From: a virus | Taxonomy: Duplodnaviria; Heunggongvirae; Uroviricota; Caudoviricetes; Herelleviridae | DNA: 64,000 bases | Reading direction: 5' to 3' (one strand) | Virus record (IMG/VR): IMGVR_UViG_2706795655_000001 | In this document: one piece after another, positions 17,582-26,344 of the stretch | How the letters are laid out: each line of letters starts with the position of its first letter | Numbering within the stretch: the first letter of the stretch is position 1 | The notes under the pieces: generated by a model | What the model was told of the DNA's origin: nothing | Database searches by the model: none | Seen by the model: only the letters and a program-made list of their open reading frames with translations | Translations under genes and position numbers: made by a program

Positions 17582-17653
17582 TTACTCACCTCTATGTATT
17601 CTTCATTATTTCCACTTGTCATATTTAACCACCCTTATTTTTATTATAACATA

Positions 17654-17938
17654 TTATAGAGCTAGAGATAGTTGCCCTTCCTCTTCTTCTAATGTAACAG
17701 GTTCTATCTCTTCGCTTATTTCTTCTTTAATAGGTTCTTCATGTAAAGTTCCATCTGCATTAATCCATCTACCACCAGATTCATATGTACGTGTTTCGAT
17801 AATTTCATAGTCTTGAAAAATGCCACGCTTGTCCATTTCTACCGGAATCTTATTCATCGCCTCCTTTACATCCTTACCAGCATTTGTAAATAAATGCACT
17901 TTACCATTCTCTGTTTTTACATCAAATTGAAATAACAT
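17654..17938 (-). CDS. Hypothetical protein, 94 aa
   Basis: AAGGAGGAGATAA RBS; own promoter. Confidence 0.8.
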   Translation of the reverse strand: MLFQFDVKTENGKVHLFTNAGKDVKEAMNKIPVEMDKRGIFQDYEIIETRTYESGGRWINADGTLHEEPIKEEISEEIEPVTLEEEEGQLSLAL

Positions 17939-17961
17939 CGTTATCTCCTCCTTATGAATCT

Positions 17962-17991
17962 ATCTTATCATCATAGTTTTCTAAAAGTCAA
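17962..17991 (-). promoter_or_regulatory. Early promoter TTGACT-18-TAAGAT
   Basis: Family member after the lysin terminator. Confidence 0.6.
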
Positions 17992-18005
17992 CAAGTTTTT
18001 TGCAT

Positions 18006-18033
18006 AAAAAAAAAGAAGCCCCGAAGGACTTCC
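18006..18033 (-). terminator. Endolysin terminator (UUCG loop, long U tract)
   Basis: GAAGTCC-TTCG-GGGCTTC-TTTTTTTT on the minus strand. Confidence 0.85.
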
Positions 18034-18043
18034 TAGTTATGTA

Positions 18044-18823
18044 TTATTTAAATGTACCCCAGTAATTCTGACGTTTCCCGCCTTTAGATTCACCAGTAGC
18101 TAAATATCCGTAACCGTTGCTACGTGGTTGACGAATCCAAACGTAACCGTCGTACTCGATACCGTAACCATTGTAGTTAACTACAGAACCAGCCGGAAGT
18201 GTAGCGATTACTCCTGCACTTGTGAATGGAGCTGTACGTAACTTGATTGAAGTATTTGTTGTGAAAGTACCAGTCTCTTTTGTGAACCAACTAGAATCAT
18301 AGTCGCCTCCTGTAGAGCCACCGCCTGTACTTCCGCCACTAGAGCCTCCAGAACCTCCGCCGTTATCTACTGCACCACCATTGTCCGCAGGTGGTTTTTG
18401 TCCGCCTACTACATCGTATAACTCGAAGTGAGGGTAATCTTTGAATGAAACCCAGTCTCCGCCCCATTTGAAGCCTTGACCTTTCATTGCTGCAATAACC
18501 TTACGGAAATTACCTTCAACTGTCCAGATTACGTCAGAGCCATCTTGTGTGTACAAGCATAAGTCTACCGCTACTCCGTAGTTGTGGTTCGATTGTCCGC
18601 CTCGTGCGTTTGTTACGATGTTACCCGGTTTAGTACGACCTTGTGCGTATAAAGCATCCTGTTCAGCAAATGAACGGAAACCTTGCGCTACGCAGATATA
18701 GATACCTTGTGCATGCATTTGTGTAATAACAGCGCGGGTACGGTCTGCTACGTCTTTACGCATACCTGAGATATTTAACTTACGGTTCGCCTTGTCGATT
18801 AAAGTTTGTAATGCCATTGCCAT
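18044..18823 (-). CDS. Endolysin: M15/VanY-type L-Ala-D-Glu peptidase + Gly linker + SH3 cell-wall-binding domain (LysB4-like)
   Basis: QSNHNYGVAVD, WGGDW..FKDYPHFEL, C-terminal SH3_5-like domain. Confidence 0.95.
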   Translation of the reverse strand: MAMALQTLIDKANRKLNISGMRKDVADRTRAVITQMHAQGIYICVAQGFRSFAEQDALYAQGRTKPGNIVTNARGGQSNHNYGVAVDLCLYTQDGSDVIWTVEGNFRKVIAAMKGQGFKWGGDWVSFKDYPHFELYDVVGGQKPPADNGGAVDNGGGSGGSSGGSTGGGSTGGDYDSSWFTKETGTFTTNTSIKLRTAPFTSAGVIATLPAGSVVNYNGYGIEYDGYVWIRQPRSNGYGYLATGESKGGKRQNYWGTFK

Positions 18824-18908
18824 TCTACTTCCACTCCTTATTTTTTATTTACTACTCTACTAATATAAAAGATAGGGATAATTACTCCCTATCTCTATTA
18901 TACCATAC

Positions 18909-19412
18909 TTAGACTACAGCAGCTCCCGTTGCGTCCACCCATCCGTTGTTATCCTTGTTACGCCAGATAGGTTTATTCAACGTAGTATCGAAGAACGGTT
19001 GTCCTACGTATGTACCTGTTGTTGGACGTGCAGCTCCAGATGTGATTAAAGGTACCGTCACTTTTCCGGTAGCGTCCGGGTTATTACCATTTACAGACTG
19101 AACAAGACCAGTTACCTTTCCGTTTGCATCTGGGGTTAAGCTACTATTAATAGTTTTTACAAACCCCGTCGTACTAGGAATCGTAATTTTCACATCACCA
19201 TCTGTACCCGGCTTTGTACCGTTAACACTCTTGACCATCCCTTTAATGTCGTCCTTCGTTGCGAAGTCCCCGGTAGGAGCGCCATCTACTTGTACGTTAC
19301 CTTTGTCGTCCGGAGCTTTACCATTTACTGTTTTAACCGCACTTAGTAAGTCCATCTCCATTTCTCTTATTTTCTTCTCCGGGGAGCCATCATACATATT
19401 ATCTCTAAGCAT
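18909..19412 (-). CDS. Late fibre-like protein with four VxxVNG..P...G.V repeats
   Basis: Repeats; C-terminal RP....G..FFDTTLNKPIW...WVDATG; own late promoter. Confidence 0.8.
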   Translation of the reverse strand: MLRDNMYDGSPEKKIREMEMDLLSAVKTVNGKAPDDKGNVQVDGAPTGDFATKDDIKGMVKSVNGTKPGTDGDVKITIPSTTGFVKTINSSLTPDANGKVTGLVQSVNGNNPDATGKVTVPLITSGAARPTTGTYVGQPFFDTTLNKPIWRNKDNNGWVDATGAAVV

Positions 19413-19447
19413 TTTCTAGTCCCTTCCTTTCCTTTTATCTACTGTAC

Positions 19448-19457
19448 TAATATAACA
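19448..19457 (-). promoter_or_regulatory. Late promoter TGTTATATTA inside a 7-bp inverted repeat
   Basis: Motif recurs before structural genes. Confidence 0.7.
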
Positions 19458-19472
19458 GTAGTCTGGAAAATT

Positions 19473-21299
19473 CTAGTAACCTTTATTGAAAATGTCTGTA
19501 GATTGAGGTCGCATAATGTCTACCGTTGTATATGCAAAAGCGTTTTCTTGCTCTTTCGTTATGTACGGTTCCAGTACGTGTTCCATACCAACCATAGAGT
19601 ATACAGAAGACTGAGCAAAATGGTCGTCACCTTTGTCCATAATAATCTGATAAATTGCTTTTGTTTTCTCATCTTCTTCATCTCGAATTACCACGTTTTT
19701 CCAATGTTCAAGATATAGAGCTAGTTCTCTGTCCATTGTATTATAGAATCCTAGACGACCCATCTTCATATCAGAAATATGCTTTTTATTTTGTGTCAGT
19801 TTATCGACTGTAACCATGTTACGTTGCTCTGACCATACCGGGTTAATTTGCCCAGTAGAACGAGGGTTCGGGTTAACTTTAACACCGTAAGCTACACCAG
19901 CACCGAAATGTTGGATTAACTTGTCCACGTAGTTACCAGAGTCACCAATATCGGCACAGATAATGTCGGGTTGGTAAGGGATTAACTCAACTATGATTCT
20001 CTCTAAATCCGCCTCGATGTTTGCTACACCTCTAGCTCGTTCAACAGAGAACATACGAAGCATGTCGATACGTCCGTCATCTTTAAATCCACGAACTGTA
20101 ACCCAGTGACGGTTACCCCAGTCAATACCTACAGAAATGAATCGGTAGTCTCCTCTATTCATTAGTGGAGCTGAGTAGTAATCGCGCATGTTGTTTGTGA
20201 TATCTCTATCTTGAACAGCTAACGCAACGTCCTGATACGGGTAACCTAAAACGTAGTTGTAAAAATGCTGTTTAGATTTCGCTTCTAATTCCTTACGTTT
20301 TAAAGCATCGGCGCTAAACCATACCGCATTTAACTGTGTGATTAAGTATCCACGAGTACCTTGATTGTTAATACTTCTATCCGGGAACTCCGCTACCCAT
20401 TCTCCGTTGTACCATCTGTCTAACGTCTTACCACATTTCTGACAAACGAATCGGTATGTACCATCTCGAACTGTTTGAGCAAGAACATCTACACCGCTCT
20501 CATCCATACATTCGATGTTTTTATCGTAATCTAGTTGTTGACGCATGCCGCAATGTTCACACTTATGCATGTACACACGTTTATCAGAACGGTCATACAG
20601 GTCATGGATACCAAAGTTAGGTACCGTAGGTGTTGACCATCTGCGTAAAATACCATATTGAGATGAAGACATAGACTCCATCGCAGAGATTTCCGCCGAG
20701 CTATTTACACGGTCATACTCATCCAGTGATAGATAATCGATATCGACACCCTCTACCGCAGCGCCCTTACTAGAAGAACGGAACAGCATGAAGCTATTTC
20801 TAATCTTTTTCTTTTCTAACGAGTCAATCTTAGGGTCAGAAATAGTAGCATAATAACCTTTCTCAAGTAATGGGTTAATACGTGTCGTTACAAAGTCCTT
20901 CATTTGTCGGTTCGTAGGGAACGTGTAGAGGCATTTTACACCTGCATAGGAGTGTAGGTCTGCAAACCATAACATCTCGCCTACACCGACCTCTGATAGC
21001 CCTAACTGACGGGATTTAATTACCGCCTTGTTAGGATGCGTATCATTGATGATTTCTGTTTGCCACGGTCTGTGCGCTTGCGCTCGTAATGAGTCCTTTC
21101 CGCTAACGTGGAAGGTAATCGGGTGACCTTTTACCGAGTGGTTCTTTAATAGATAAGACGAACAGTTTAACATCGTCAATACGTAAGCTAGTTCGTCTTT
21201 TGATAGCTCCGTCCTACCGAACGTTTGTTTAGCTATGTTCTGTATCATTTCTCCTGTTAGATTATTCATTGCTATCTTCCTCTCCAAAATACGGGACAC
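19473..21299 (-). CDS. terL: Terminase large subunit (likely start 21269), no intron
   Basis: KSRQLGLSE Walker A, LSLDEYD Walker B, STPT, VGIDWG nuclease motif. Confidence 0.95.
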   Translation of the reverse strand: MSRILERKIAMNNLTGEMIQNIAKQTFGRTELSKDELAYVLTMLNCSSYLLKNHSVKGHPITFHVSGKDSLRAQAHRPWQTEIINDTHPNKAVIKSRQLGLSEVGVGEMLWFADLHSYAGVKCLYTFPTNRQMKDFVTTRINPLLEKGYYATISDPKIDSLEKKKIRNSFMLFRSSSKGAAVEGVDIDYLSLDEYDRVNSSAEISAMESMSSSQYGILRRWSTPTVPNFGIHDLYDRSDKRVYMHKCEHCGMRQQLDYDKNIECMDESGVDVLAQTVRDGTYRFVCQKCGKTLDRWYNGEWVAEFPDRSINNQGTRGYLITQLNAVWFSADALKRKELEAKSKQHFYNYVLGYPYQDVALAVQDRDITNNMRDYYSAPLMNRGDYRFISVGIDWGNRHWVTVRGFKDDGRIDMLRMFSVERARGVANIEADLERIIVELIPYQPDIICADIGDSGNYVDKLIQHFGAGVAYGVKVNPNPRSTGQINPVWSEQRNMVTVDKLTQNKKHISDMKMGRLGFYNTMDRELALYLEHWKNVVIRDEEDEKTKAIYQIIMDKGDDHFAQSSVYSMVGMEHVLEPYITKEQENAFAYTTVDIMRPQSTDIFNKGY

Positions 21300-21477
21300 C
21301 TAGTACATAGTTTTCATACACAACTTTAGCGTACTTGTTAAACTCTTTCTTTTTCGCTAATACATTGTCCGGCGATGGGAACGGTGTGTAAGAAATCCCG
21401 ACTGCTCTGGACTTCTTAACAACTTCCGTAGGTTCTTTATCACTTGTGATTTCGATATGCCACGGTCTTTTTTCCAT
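21262..21477 (-). CDS. Hypothetical protein, 71 aa
   Basis: ORF tiling in the terminase operon. Confidence 0.7.
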   Translation of the reverse strand: MEKRPWHIEITSDKEPTEVVKKSRAVGISYTPFPSPDNVLAKKKEFNKYAKVVYENYVLGVPYFGEEDSNE

Positions 21478-21896
21478 TAGAATGTTCCCTCATTTTCTGC
21501 ATTCTGAGCTATGTCCATATTTCTGATTAGGTCTGCTACATCGTTCATATCCATTGTAGATACATCGATTTTACCTTCCTCATCAGCCGCCATCTTACCG
21601 TCGCGAACCATATCATCCACAACTTTCTCTTGGCGCATGTTAATTTCTGGTAACATTCCAGCTCCTTGTTGACCATTCATCATTTCGTCGATACCATTAA
21701 GTTCCTTATAAGCCCCTAATACACGAATCGCATCAGCGATGTTATCAATAGGAATCTCACCCATTTCTAACTTCTTAATGAACTGTTTCATAGAAGACGA
21801 GAATGCGGAGTTTAACGTATCACGTAATTCTTCTTGTGAATCAAACACACTATTCTTCTTCTTTATACCTTTCTTTATGTTGTTCGCCATTGACAT
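21477..21896 (-). CDS. Hypothetical protein, candidate terminase small subunit
   Basis: Helical 139 aa, two genes upstream of terL; function from position only. Confidence 0.55.
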   Translation of the reverse strand: MSMANNIKKGIKKKNSVFDSQEELRDTLNSAFSSSMKQFIKKLEMGEIPIDNIADAIRVLGAYKELNGIDEMMNGQQGAGMLPEINMRQEKVVDDMVRDGKMAADEEGKIDVSTMDMNDVADLIRNMDIAQNAENEGTF

Positions 21897-22170
21897 CTTG
21901 CAGTTCCCCTTTCTGTTTTAGTACACGATAGCACGAGTTAACATCCTTGCAGATGTGGATATGTACAATATCACTTAACTCGAATCGTATCTGGTTTTGT
22001 GTTGTTATGTATTTTTGCGTTTGTCTTGAAAGAGCAGATAGCGGTCTTCCACATATGGAACATAGTCTTGGTGTGAAGACTCGTCTATCTCCTTTTTTAA
22101 ACTCTCTGTATTTTTCTGAATTTTGAAATAATTTACGTCGCTTTTCGACAACCTCCCTTTTCGTTATCAT
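21850..22170 (-). CDS. Putative zinc-binding protein
   Basis: CSICGRPL...HICKDVNSC. Confidence 0.7.
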   Translation of the reverse strand: MITKREVVEKRRKLFQNSEKYREFKKGDRRVFTPRLCSICGRPLSALSRQTQKYITTQNQIRFELSDIVHIHICKDVNSCYRVLKQKGELQDVNGEQHKERYKEEE

Positions 22171-22694
22171 TCATCGTCTAGCTCCTCATCGAAGCGCTGG
22201 TCTACCTTTTCTAACAGCTCTTCGTAAGCGTACAGTCTGTCGTCAAGGAATACATCGGAATCATCAATGTCTTCGTAAACAGCAGCAGAATAAAGGAAAG
22301 GGAGTTCTAGGATTAGCTCGTCCAAAACAATGTCGATAACATCAGATGAAAATACGATTCCATAGTTGATGAATTGGCTCATTAAATGTCCTTCATATTT
22401 ATCTCTTAATTTATCTACAATCTCATGTTCAGTATCTCCTACTGTATCTCTGTAGTCCTTTTGAAAATCTGCATAATCGTAAGCCATATGTGTAATAGTC
22501 ATTGTAACCGCTGCTTCCACATCTTTTAAAATATTAGATACGAATGTAGGGTCTACCTTAATTCCTGTTTCTGTTCTATATCCGGGTGCTACAATTTGCG
22601 ATTCGTTTTCAAAAATGAGCATGATTGTTGTTTTAGCGTAATCTTGTGTAGAGCTTAAAAAATTCTCCATCTCTCTTTCCGTCATTTCAAACAT
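22167..22694 (-). CDS. Hypothetical acidic protein, 175 aa
   Basis: Long ORF in operon. Confidence 0.8.
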   Translation of the reverse strand: MFEMTEREMENFLSSTQDYAKTTIMLIFENESQIVAPGYRTETGIKVDPTFVSNILKDVEAAVTMTITHMAYDYADFQKDYRDTVGDTEHEIVDKLRDKYEGHLMSQFINYGIVFSSDVIDIVLDELILELPFLYSAAVYEDIDDSDVFLDDRLYAYEELLEKVDQRFDEELDDE

Positions 22695-22696
22695 AG

Positions 22697-22993
22697 CTAT
22701 TTACCGCCTTTCTTCTCCGTATGTGTATTGATAAAAATCGTATCATATCTTCGCATTGCCTGATTAATTGTTACACTTAATTCTTTTTGTAACTTCATCG
22801 CGTTTCTCGTTAGGATATATTCATAGATTCCTAAAGCGACAAATGCAAGGATAGTCCCTGTAATAAAATACGACAGCGTTGAACGTTCTACCACGATACC
22901 TCCTAGACTTAAAAGTGATGCGATACCAAACCCTACCGCTTGTACTACAACAACTAGTAAGATTTTATCTCTTAAACTTTTTTCTACTTTCAC
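22697..22993 (-). CDS. Two-TM membrane protein
   Basis: Two hydrophobic helices; GGAGGT RBS. Confidence 0.75.
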   Translation of the reverse strand: MKVEKSLRDKILLVVVVQAVGFGIASLLSLGGIVVERSTLSYFITGTILAFVALGIYEYILTRNAMKLQKELSVTINQAMRRYDTIFINTHTEKKGGK

Positions 22994-23035
22994 GGGCTAC
23001 TCTACCTCCACTTGAGAAATTTTTTGGTACTACCC

Positions 23036-23081
23036 TAATATAGTAGTTATCCAAAAAATATCAGTACGAAGTACTATATTA
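23036..23081. promoter_or_regulatory. Divergent late promoters TACTATATTA (23036-23045 minus; 23072-23081 plus)
   Basis: Identical 10-mer back to back at the strand switch. Confidence 0.75.
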
Positions 23082-23115
23082 GTACTGATAAATCTCTAGG
23101 AAGAGGGTAATTACA

Positions 23116-23406
23116 ATGGTATATTTCGTGCTGTCTATTGCCTTTACCCTAATCTTCTACCTCGTAGCTTCTTATATGTCATATATTACTGCATCCATTC
23201 TTCATCGAGGTATAATTTTTCGTTTGATTATTCCAACTGTAAAAGCTGTCATGTTTATTACAATTGTCTATACCTCTATTATAGCAGATATCGTACTATT
23301 CAGCGGCGGCAAGTACGAAACCGTCGCGTTCAAAAACGGTGTCATGTCTACGGTTGTAGTTACTTCTCTAACAACGAACAAAGGAGAAAGGGGGAGGAAA
23401 AAATGA
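23116..23406 (+). CDS. Membrane protein, 96 aa
   Basis: Two to three hydrophobic segments. Confidence 0.7.
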   Translation: MVYFVLSIAFTLIFYLVASYMSYITASILHRGIIFRLIIPTVKAVMFITIVYTSIIADIVLFSGGKYETVAFKNGVMSTVVVTSLTTNKGERGRKK

Positions 23407-23765
23407 TTCCCGCAGGAAACATAAGAAATATTGATGTAAAAGGCGAATTATGTGAGCTTATTGACAATATGGTGAATGGTCACCGAACAAGTTTCCATAT
23501 GTATACAATTCATCGATTGATGTCTTTAAGCCTGTTAAATAGCTATGAATTTAAATATCTGGAAACACCAGAAAGCGATTGGATTCGAGTACAGATAACT
23601 TTCGATAATGAAAAATCTGTTAAAATAGGAATTAATACATGTTCTCAATATGGTCAGATAGAGGATGAGGACAGCCTTGCAGTTTTAAAAGAGTTATCGG
23701 AGCATAAAACAAGTGAAGAAGGGAAGGGAACAGTTAGCAAAGGATTTTTAACATTCAGTAGATAA
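23403..23765 (+). CDS. Hypothetical protein, 120 aa
   Basis: GGGGAGG RBS. Confidence 0.75.
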   Translation: MIPAGNIRNIDVKGELCELIDNMVNGHRTSFHMYTIHRLMSLSLLNSYEFKYLETPESDWIRVQITFDNEKSVKIGINTCSQYGQIEDEDSLAVLKELSEHKTSEEGKGTVSKGFLTFSR

Positions 23766-23780
23766 AAAGAGAAAGGTGGA

Positions 23781-24107
23781 TTGGTCATGACTAATCAACA
23801 AGAATTTGAGTACAGATTAAAAGAGATAGAAAACGTACTGAAAGAACATGCCGAAGAATCCGAAGATATGAAAAAGGTATTAGAGGAACTTCAAGCTATC
23901 GTTCGAGACATTGACAAAAACGCAGCTATCAACGAAGAAAAACAATCCAACCTAATCTACCGAATTGACCTCCTACATCAAAAGTTAGCAACATTAGAAA
24001 CAAGAGGCGAGAAGGGTACGGATAAACAACGTGCGTTAGTCGAGAATGCCCTTATGGTTGTATTAGGTGGTATCTTAAGTTACATATTCAGTTTATCTCA
24101 AAAATAA
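23781..24107 (+). CDS. Coiled-coil protein with a C-terminal TM helix (XhlA/holin-accessory-like architecture)
   Basis: Heptads then ALMVVLGGILSYIFSL. Confidence 0.7.
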   Translation: MVMTNQQEFEYRLKEIENVLKEHAEESEDMKKVLEELQAIVRDIDKNAAINEEKQSNLIYRIDLLHQKLATLETRGEKGTDKQRALVENALMVVLGGILSYIFSLSQK

Positions 24108-24122
24108 GAAAGGAAGTTGAAC

Positions 24123-24356
24123 ATGGCAGTAAAAAAAGACGTAGAAGTAACCCTAATGAACGGAATGATTGCATTCATCCCCGAGGAGGCTTTCCTTACA
24201 GCAGGAATCGCAGATACACCGGAATCGGTAATCGGTAACGCTGTTCGCGGTAGTCGTTCACCAGTATTTCATGTGAACACAAAAGCAGACATGACAGGAG
24301 ATTGGTTGTACGTAATTGCACAAAATATCCTAAGTTTCAAGGTGACGCATAAATAA
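24123..24356 (+). CDS. Hypothetical protein
   Basis: AGAAAGGAAG RBS before 24123. Confidence 0.75.
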   Translation: MAVKKDVEVTLMNGMIAFIPEEAFLTAGIADTPESVIGNAVRGSRSPVFHVNTKADMTGDWLYVIAQNILSFKVTHK

Positions 24357-24374
24357 AATAAAATAGGGAATAGT
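24354..24374 (-). repeat. 21-bp motif ACTATTCCCTATTTTATTTTA, inverted copy
   Basis: Exact reverse complement of 25240-25260. Confidence 0.9.
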
Positions 24375-24406
24375 AAAAAGACCAGTCGTAAGTAGGCTGG
24401 TCTTTT
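24375..24406. terminator. Bidirectional terminator between convergent operons
   Basis: AAAAAGACCAG...CTGGTCTTTT. Confidence 0.85.
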
Positions 24407-24797
24407 AATGTACGCAGCCAGTTTCTAATTCTAGCAAGCAGCCGTGTACATAGTTCATAATGTGTACGCCTAGTATCCTTGAAAATTCTAGTCCATTTAT
24501 ATTTTCGTAGTAGTCCATCTTTTGTTCTATTGTATATTGAATAATATAGATTAATGAATCGTCTATAGGTTTACCAATAAATTCGTCTAGCGCCTCCTTT
24601 AGCTTAGTTTCTACAATGAATTTAAGTATAAAATTATTGATTGCTCTTGTAATCATTTCTTTCCTTTCCCCATTTTCTATAATACTTAGTACTGAGAAAT
24701 CAAATATCGATAATGTAAGCCTGTTGTATGTGTCTTTTCTAACGTTAACTTCTACTCCATATTTACTTATATATTCTATCTCACTAGTTACAAACAC
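24405..24797 (-). CDS. Hypothetical protein, 130 aa
   Basis: Coupled to the XRE gene. Confidence 0.7.
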   Translation of the reverse strand: MFVTSEIEYISKYGVEVNVRKDTYNRLTLSIFDFSVLSIIENGERKEMITRAINNFILKFIVETKLKEALDEFIGKPIDDSLIYIIQYTIEQKMDYYENINGLEFSRILGVHIMNYVHGCLLELETGCVH

Positions 24798-25085
24798 TTA
24801 TTTTCCCTCCACGGCTCTATTTTTCTTTTCTAATAAACCATATCGTTTTGACTCCAGTTCCCTATTTTCGTCTTCTGATAAATCTTCAAATAGTTCTCTA
24901 TAACCTACTTTGAATAAGTCCTCCAGCAACATTAACTTTTCCGGTCTAGGGAATTTAAGTCCACCTTCCCAGTTACTAACTGTTGAGAAGCTTACTCCCA
25001 ACTTATCTCCTAGTGAATATGTTGTATAACCTGCATCCATTCTATATTTTTTCAATCTCTTAGGTGTTCGTTCTTTTTTTGTCAT
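24798..25085 (-). CDS. XRE/Cro-family HTH regulator
   Basis: LKKYRMDAGYTTYSLGDKLGVSFSTVSNWEGG..FP. Confidence 0.9.
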   Translation of the reverse strand: MTKKERTPKRLKKYRMDAGYTTYSLGDKLGVSFSTVSNWEGGLKFPRPEKLMLLEDLFKVGYRELFEDLSEDENRELESKRYGLLEKKNRAVEGK

Positions 25086-25130
25086 CTTTATTTTGACACT
25101 CCTTTTCGTTTTATTTGTTGTTGTACATCT

Positions 25131-25159
25131 ACAATAGCACCTTATTTCCTAAATGTCAA
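25131..25159 (-). promoter_or_regulatory. Early promoter TTGACA-17-TATTGT for the XRE operon
   Basis: Family member. Confidence 0.7.
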
Positions 25160-25239
25160 CAACATTACCTAATTAGTTTTAAGTAAATTCTACACTACCT
25201 AGTATATCTTTTCTGAGTACAAGTTATTCCTTAAAAATA

Positions 25240-25260
25240 ACTATTCCCTATTTTATTTTA
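25240..25260 (+). repeat. 21-bp motif copy
   Basis: ACTATTCCCTATTTTATTTTA. Confidence 0.9.
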
Positions 25261-25393
25261 ACTTTTTCCTGATGAAATAGGTTTACCTTATATCTGACAA
25301 ACCTTATTATATCAAGGTTTAACTGACATATATTTAATTTTACTCTTGACTAAATGTTTTAATTTTAAATAAATAATAGGTAATATTCCTGAT

Positions 25394-25413
25394 ACTATTC
25401 CCTATTTTATTTT
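25394..25413 (+). repeat. 20-bp motif copy
   Basis: ACTATTCCCTATTTTATTTT. Confidence 0.9.
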
Positions 25414-25765
25414 TAAGGGTTCCCTATATCTATTACTGTATTTATTATTAATATTTAATTACATATATAATATTTAATATTAGTTATTTTATTTAGTTAT
25501 ATTTATTATACTCCACGTCCAAAAAATAATTAATAAAAAGACAAGTAGCTCATCAGGACAGACGAAGCCGACAGAAGCCGATTGAGCGATTCTGATGTAA
25601 TTTATCTAATAAGAAGTTAAAGACGTTGTACGAGGCTCCTAGATACCTCATATTAGATGATAAACAAGTTAAAGGCTTGTCAGGATTATACCTAAAATAA
25701 ATATTCAGAATTTTTAAAATATTTTACTTGTTAGTGTGTATTTTTCTTCAATACAGGTTATAATA

Positions 25766-25966
25766 TAGGTATAGGTTCCCCCATAACCTATCGTATCTAG
25801 TTTTCTCCTCCTCTGATTCGTGAAATCTTAGATACATGTTTTGTTAGGCATATTATCCTTCTCACTTTGAATAGGTTGATTTTTCATTCGTTTTATGTTA
25901 ACACGCTCTTAAATGAAACGGATTAGCCCTGTCTGGTATGTACGTACCGTGATGGGGCATTTTTTA
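25766..25966 (+). ncRNA. Candidate structured small RNA, about 200 nt
   Basis: Late-type promoter 25756-25765; serial hairpins with C/U-rich loops; terminal hairpin + U tract; no ORF. Confidence 0.5.
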
Positions 25967-25997
25967 TGTCCACGAAAATAGGGAGTTGCCTTATATA

Positions 25998-26053
25998 TGG
26001 TATAATAGAAGTAAGGACATTTCCAACAAAATCAACTACTTAGTACTATATTA
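25998..26053 (+). promoter_or_regulatory. Tandem late-type promoters TGGTATAATA and TACTATATTA before the head operon
   Basis: 25998-26007 and 26044-26053. Confidence 0.7.
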
Positions 26054-26073
26054 ATAAATAGGGTGTGGTTTTA

Positions 26074-26337
26074 TTGACCTCATATCAAAAAGATGAAAAA
26101 TGGAATAAAGCAAAGCAACTGTTAGCTACAGGTTTAACTTGGATTGAAGTGGTTAGTTACTACAGGCTCTTAGGTGGAACGAAAGTGAAAGTGTACTCCA
26201 TCCTAGAACGAGAGAAGTTGTTAATCATGGATATGACTGGAGATAAGAATGTAGCCTTAATAGATGCGAACGGGGAAATAGTCTATGCAAGTTATCTCGA
26301 TGTCAAGAACAGTCGCAAGGTTTTCGAATACAGATAA
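26074..26337 (+). CDS. Hypothetical protein preceding the portal
   Basis: TTG start after a GGGTG RBS; positional. Confidence 0.75.
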   Translation: MTSYQKDEKWNKAKQLLATGLTWIEVVSYYRLLGGTKVKVYSILEREKLLIMDMTGDKNVALIDANGEIVYASYLDVKNSRKVFEYR

Positions 26338-26344
26338 TTCAGAA

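Noticed and set aside
11785-21299. Introns or inteins in thyA or terL
   Set aside because: Both are uninterrupted, of normal length, with no homing endonuclease
24405-25085. Anti-CRISPR/Aca pair or lysogeny switch
   Set aside because: XRE is upstream of one unknown ORF, but there is no recognisable Acr, integrase or divergent repressor pair; unsupported
25268-25558. Hammerhead ribozyme (CTGATGA at 25269 plus and about 25551 minus)
   Set aside because: No stem II followed by GAAA on either strand
25700-25714. CodY box
   Set aside because: Three mismatches in very AT-rich DNA; expected by chance
25086-26064. tRNA cluster, common at this locus in related phages
   Set aside because: No cloverleaf or T-loop GGTTCGAATCC-type motif found by eye; tRNAscan would confirm
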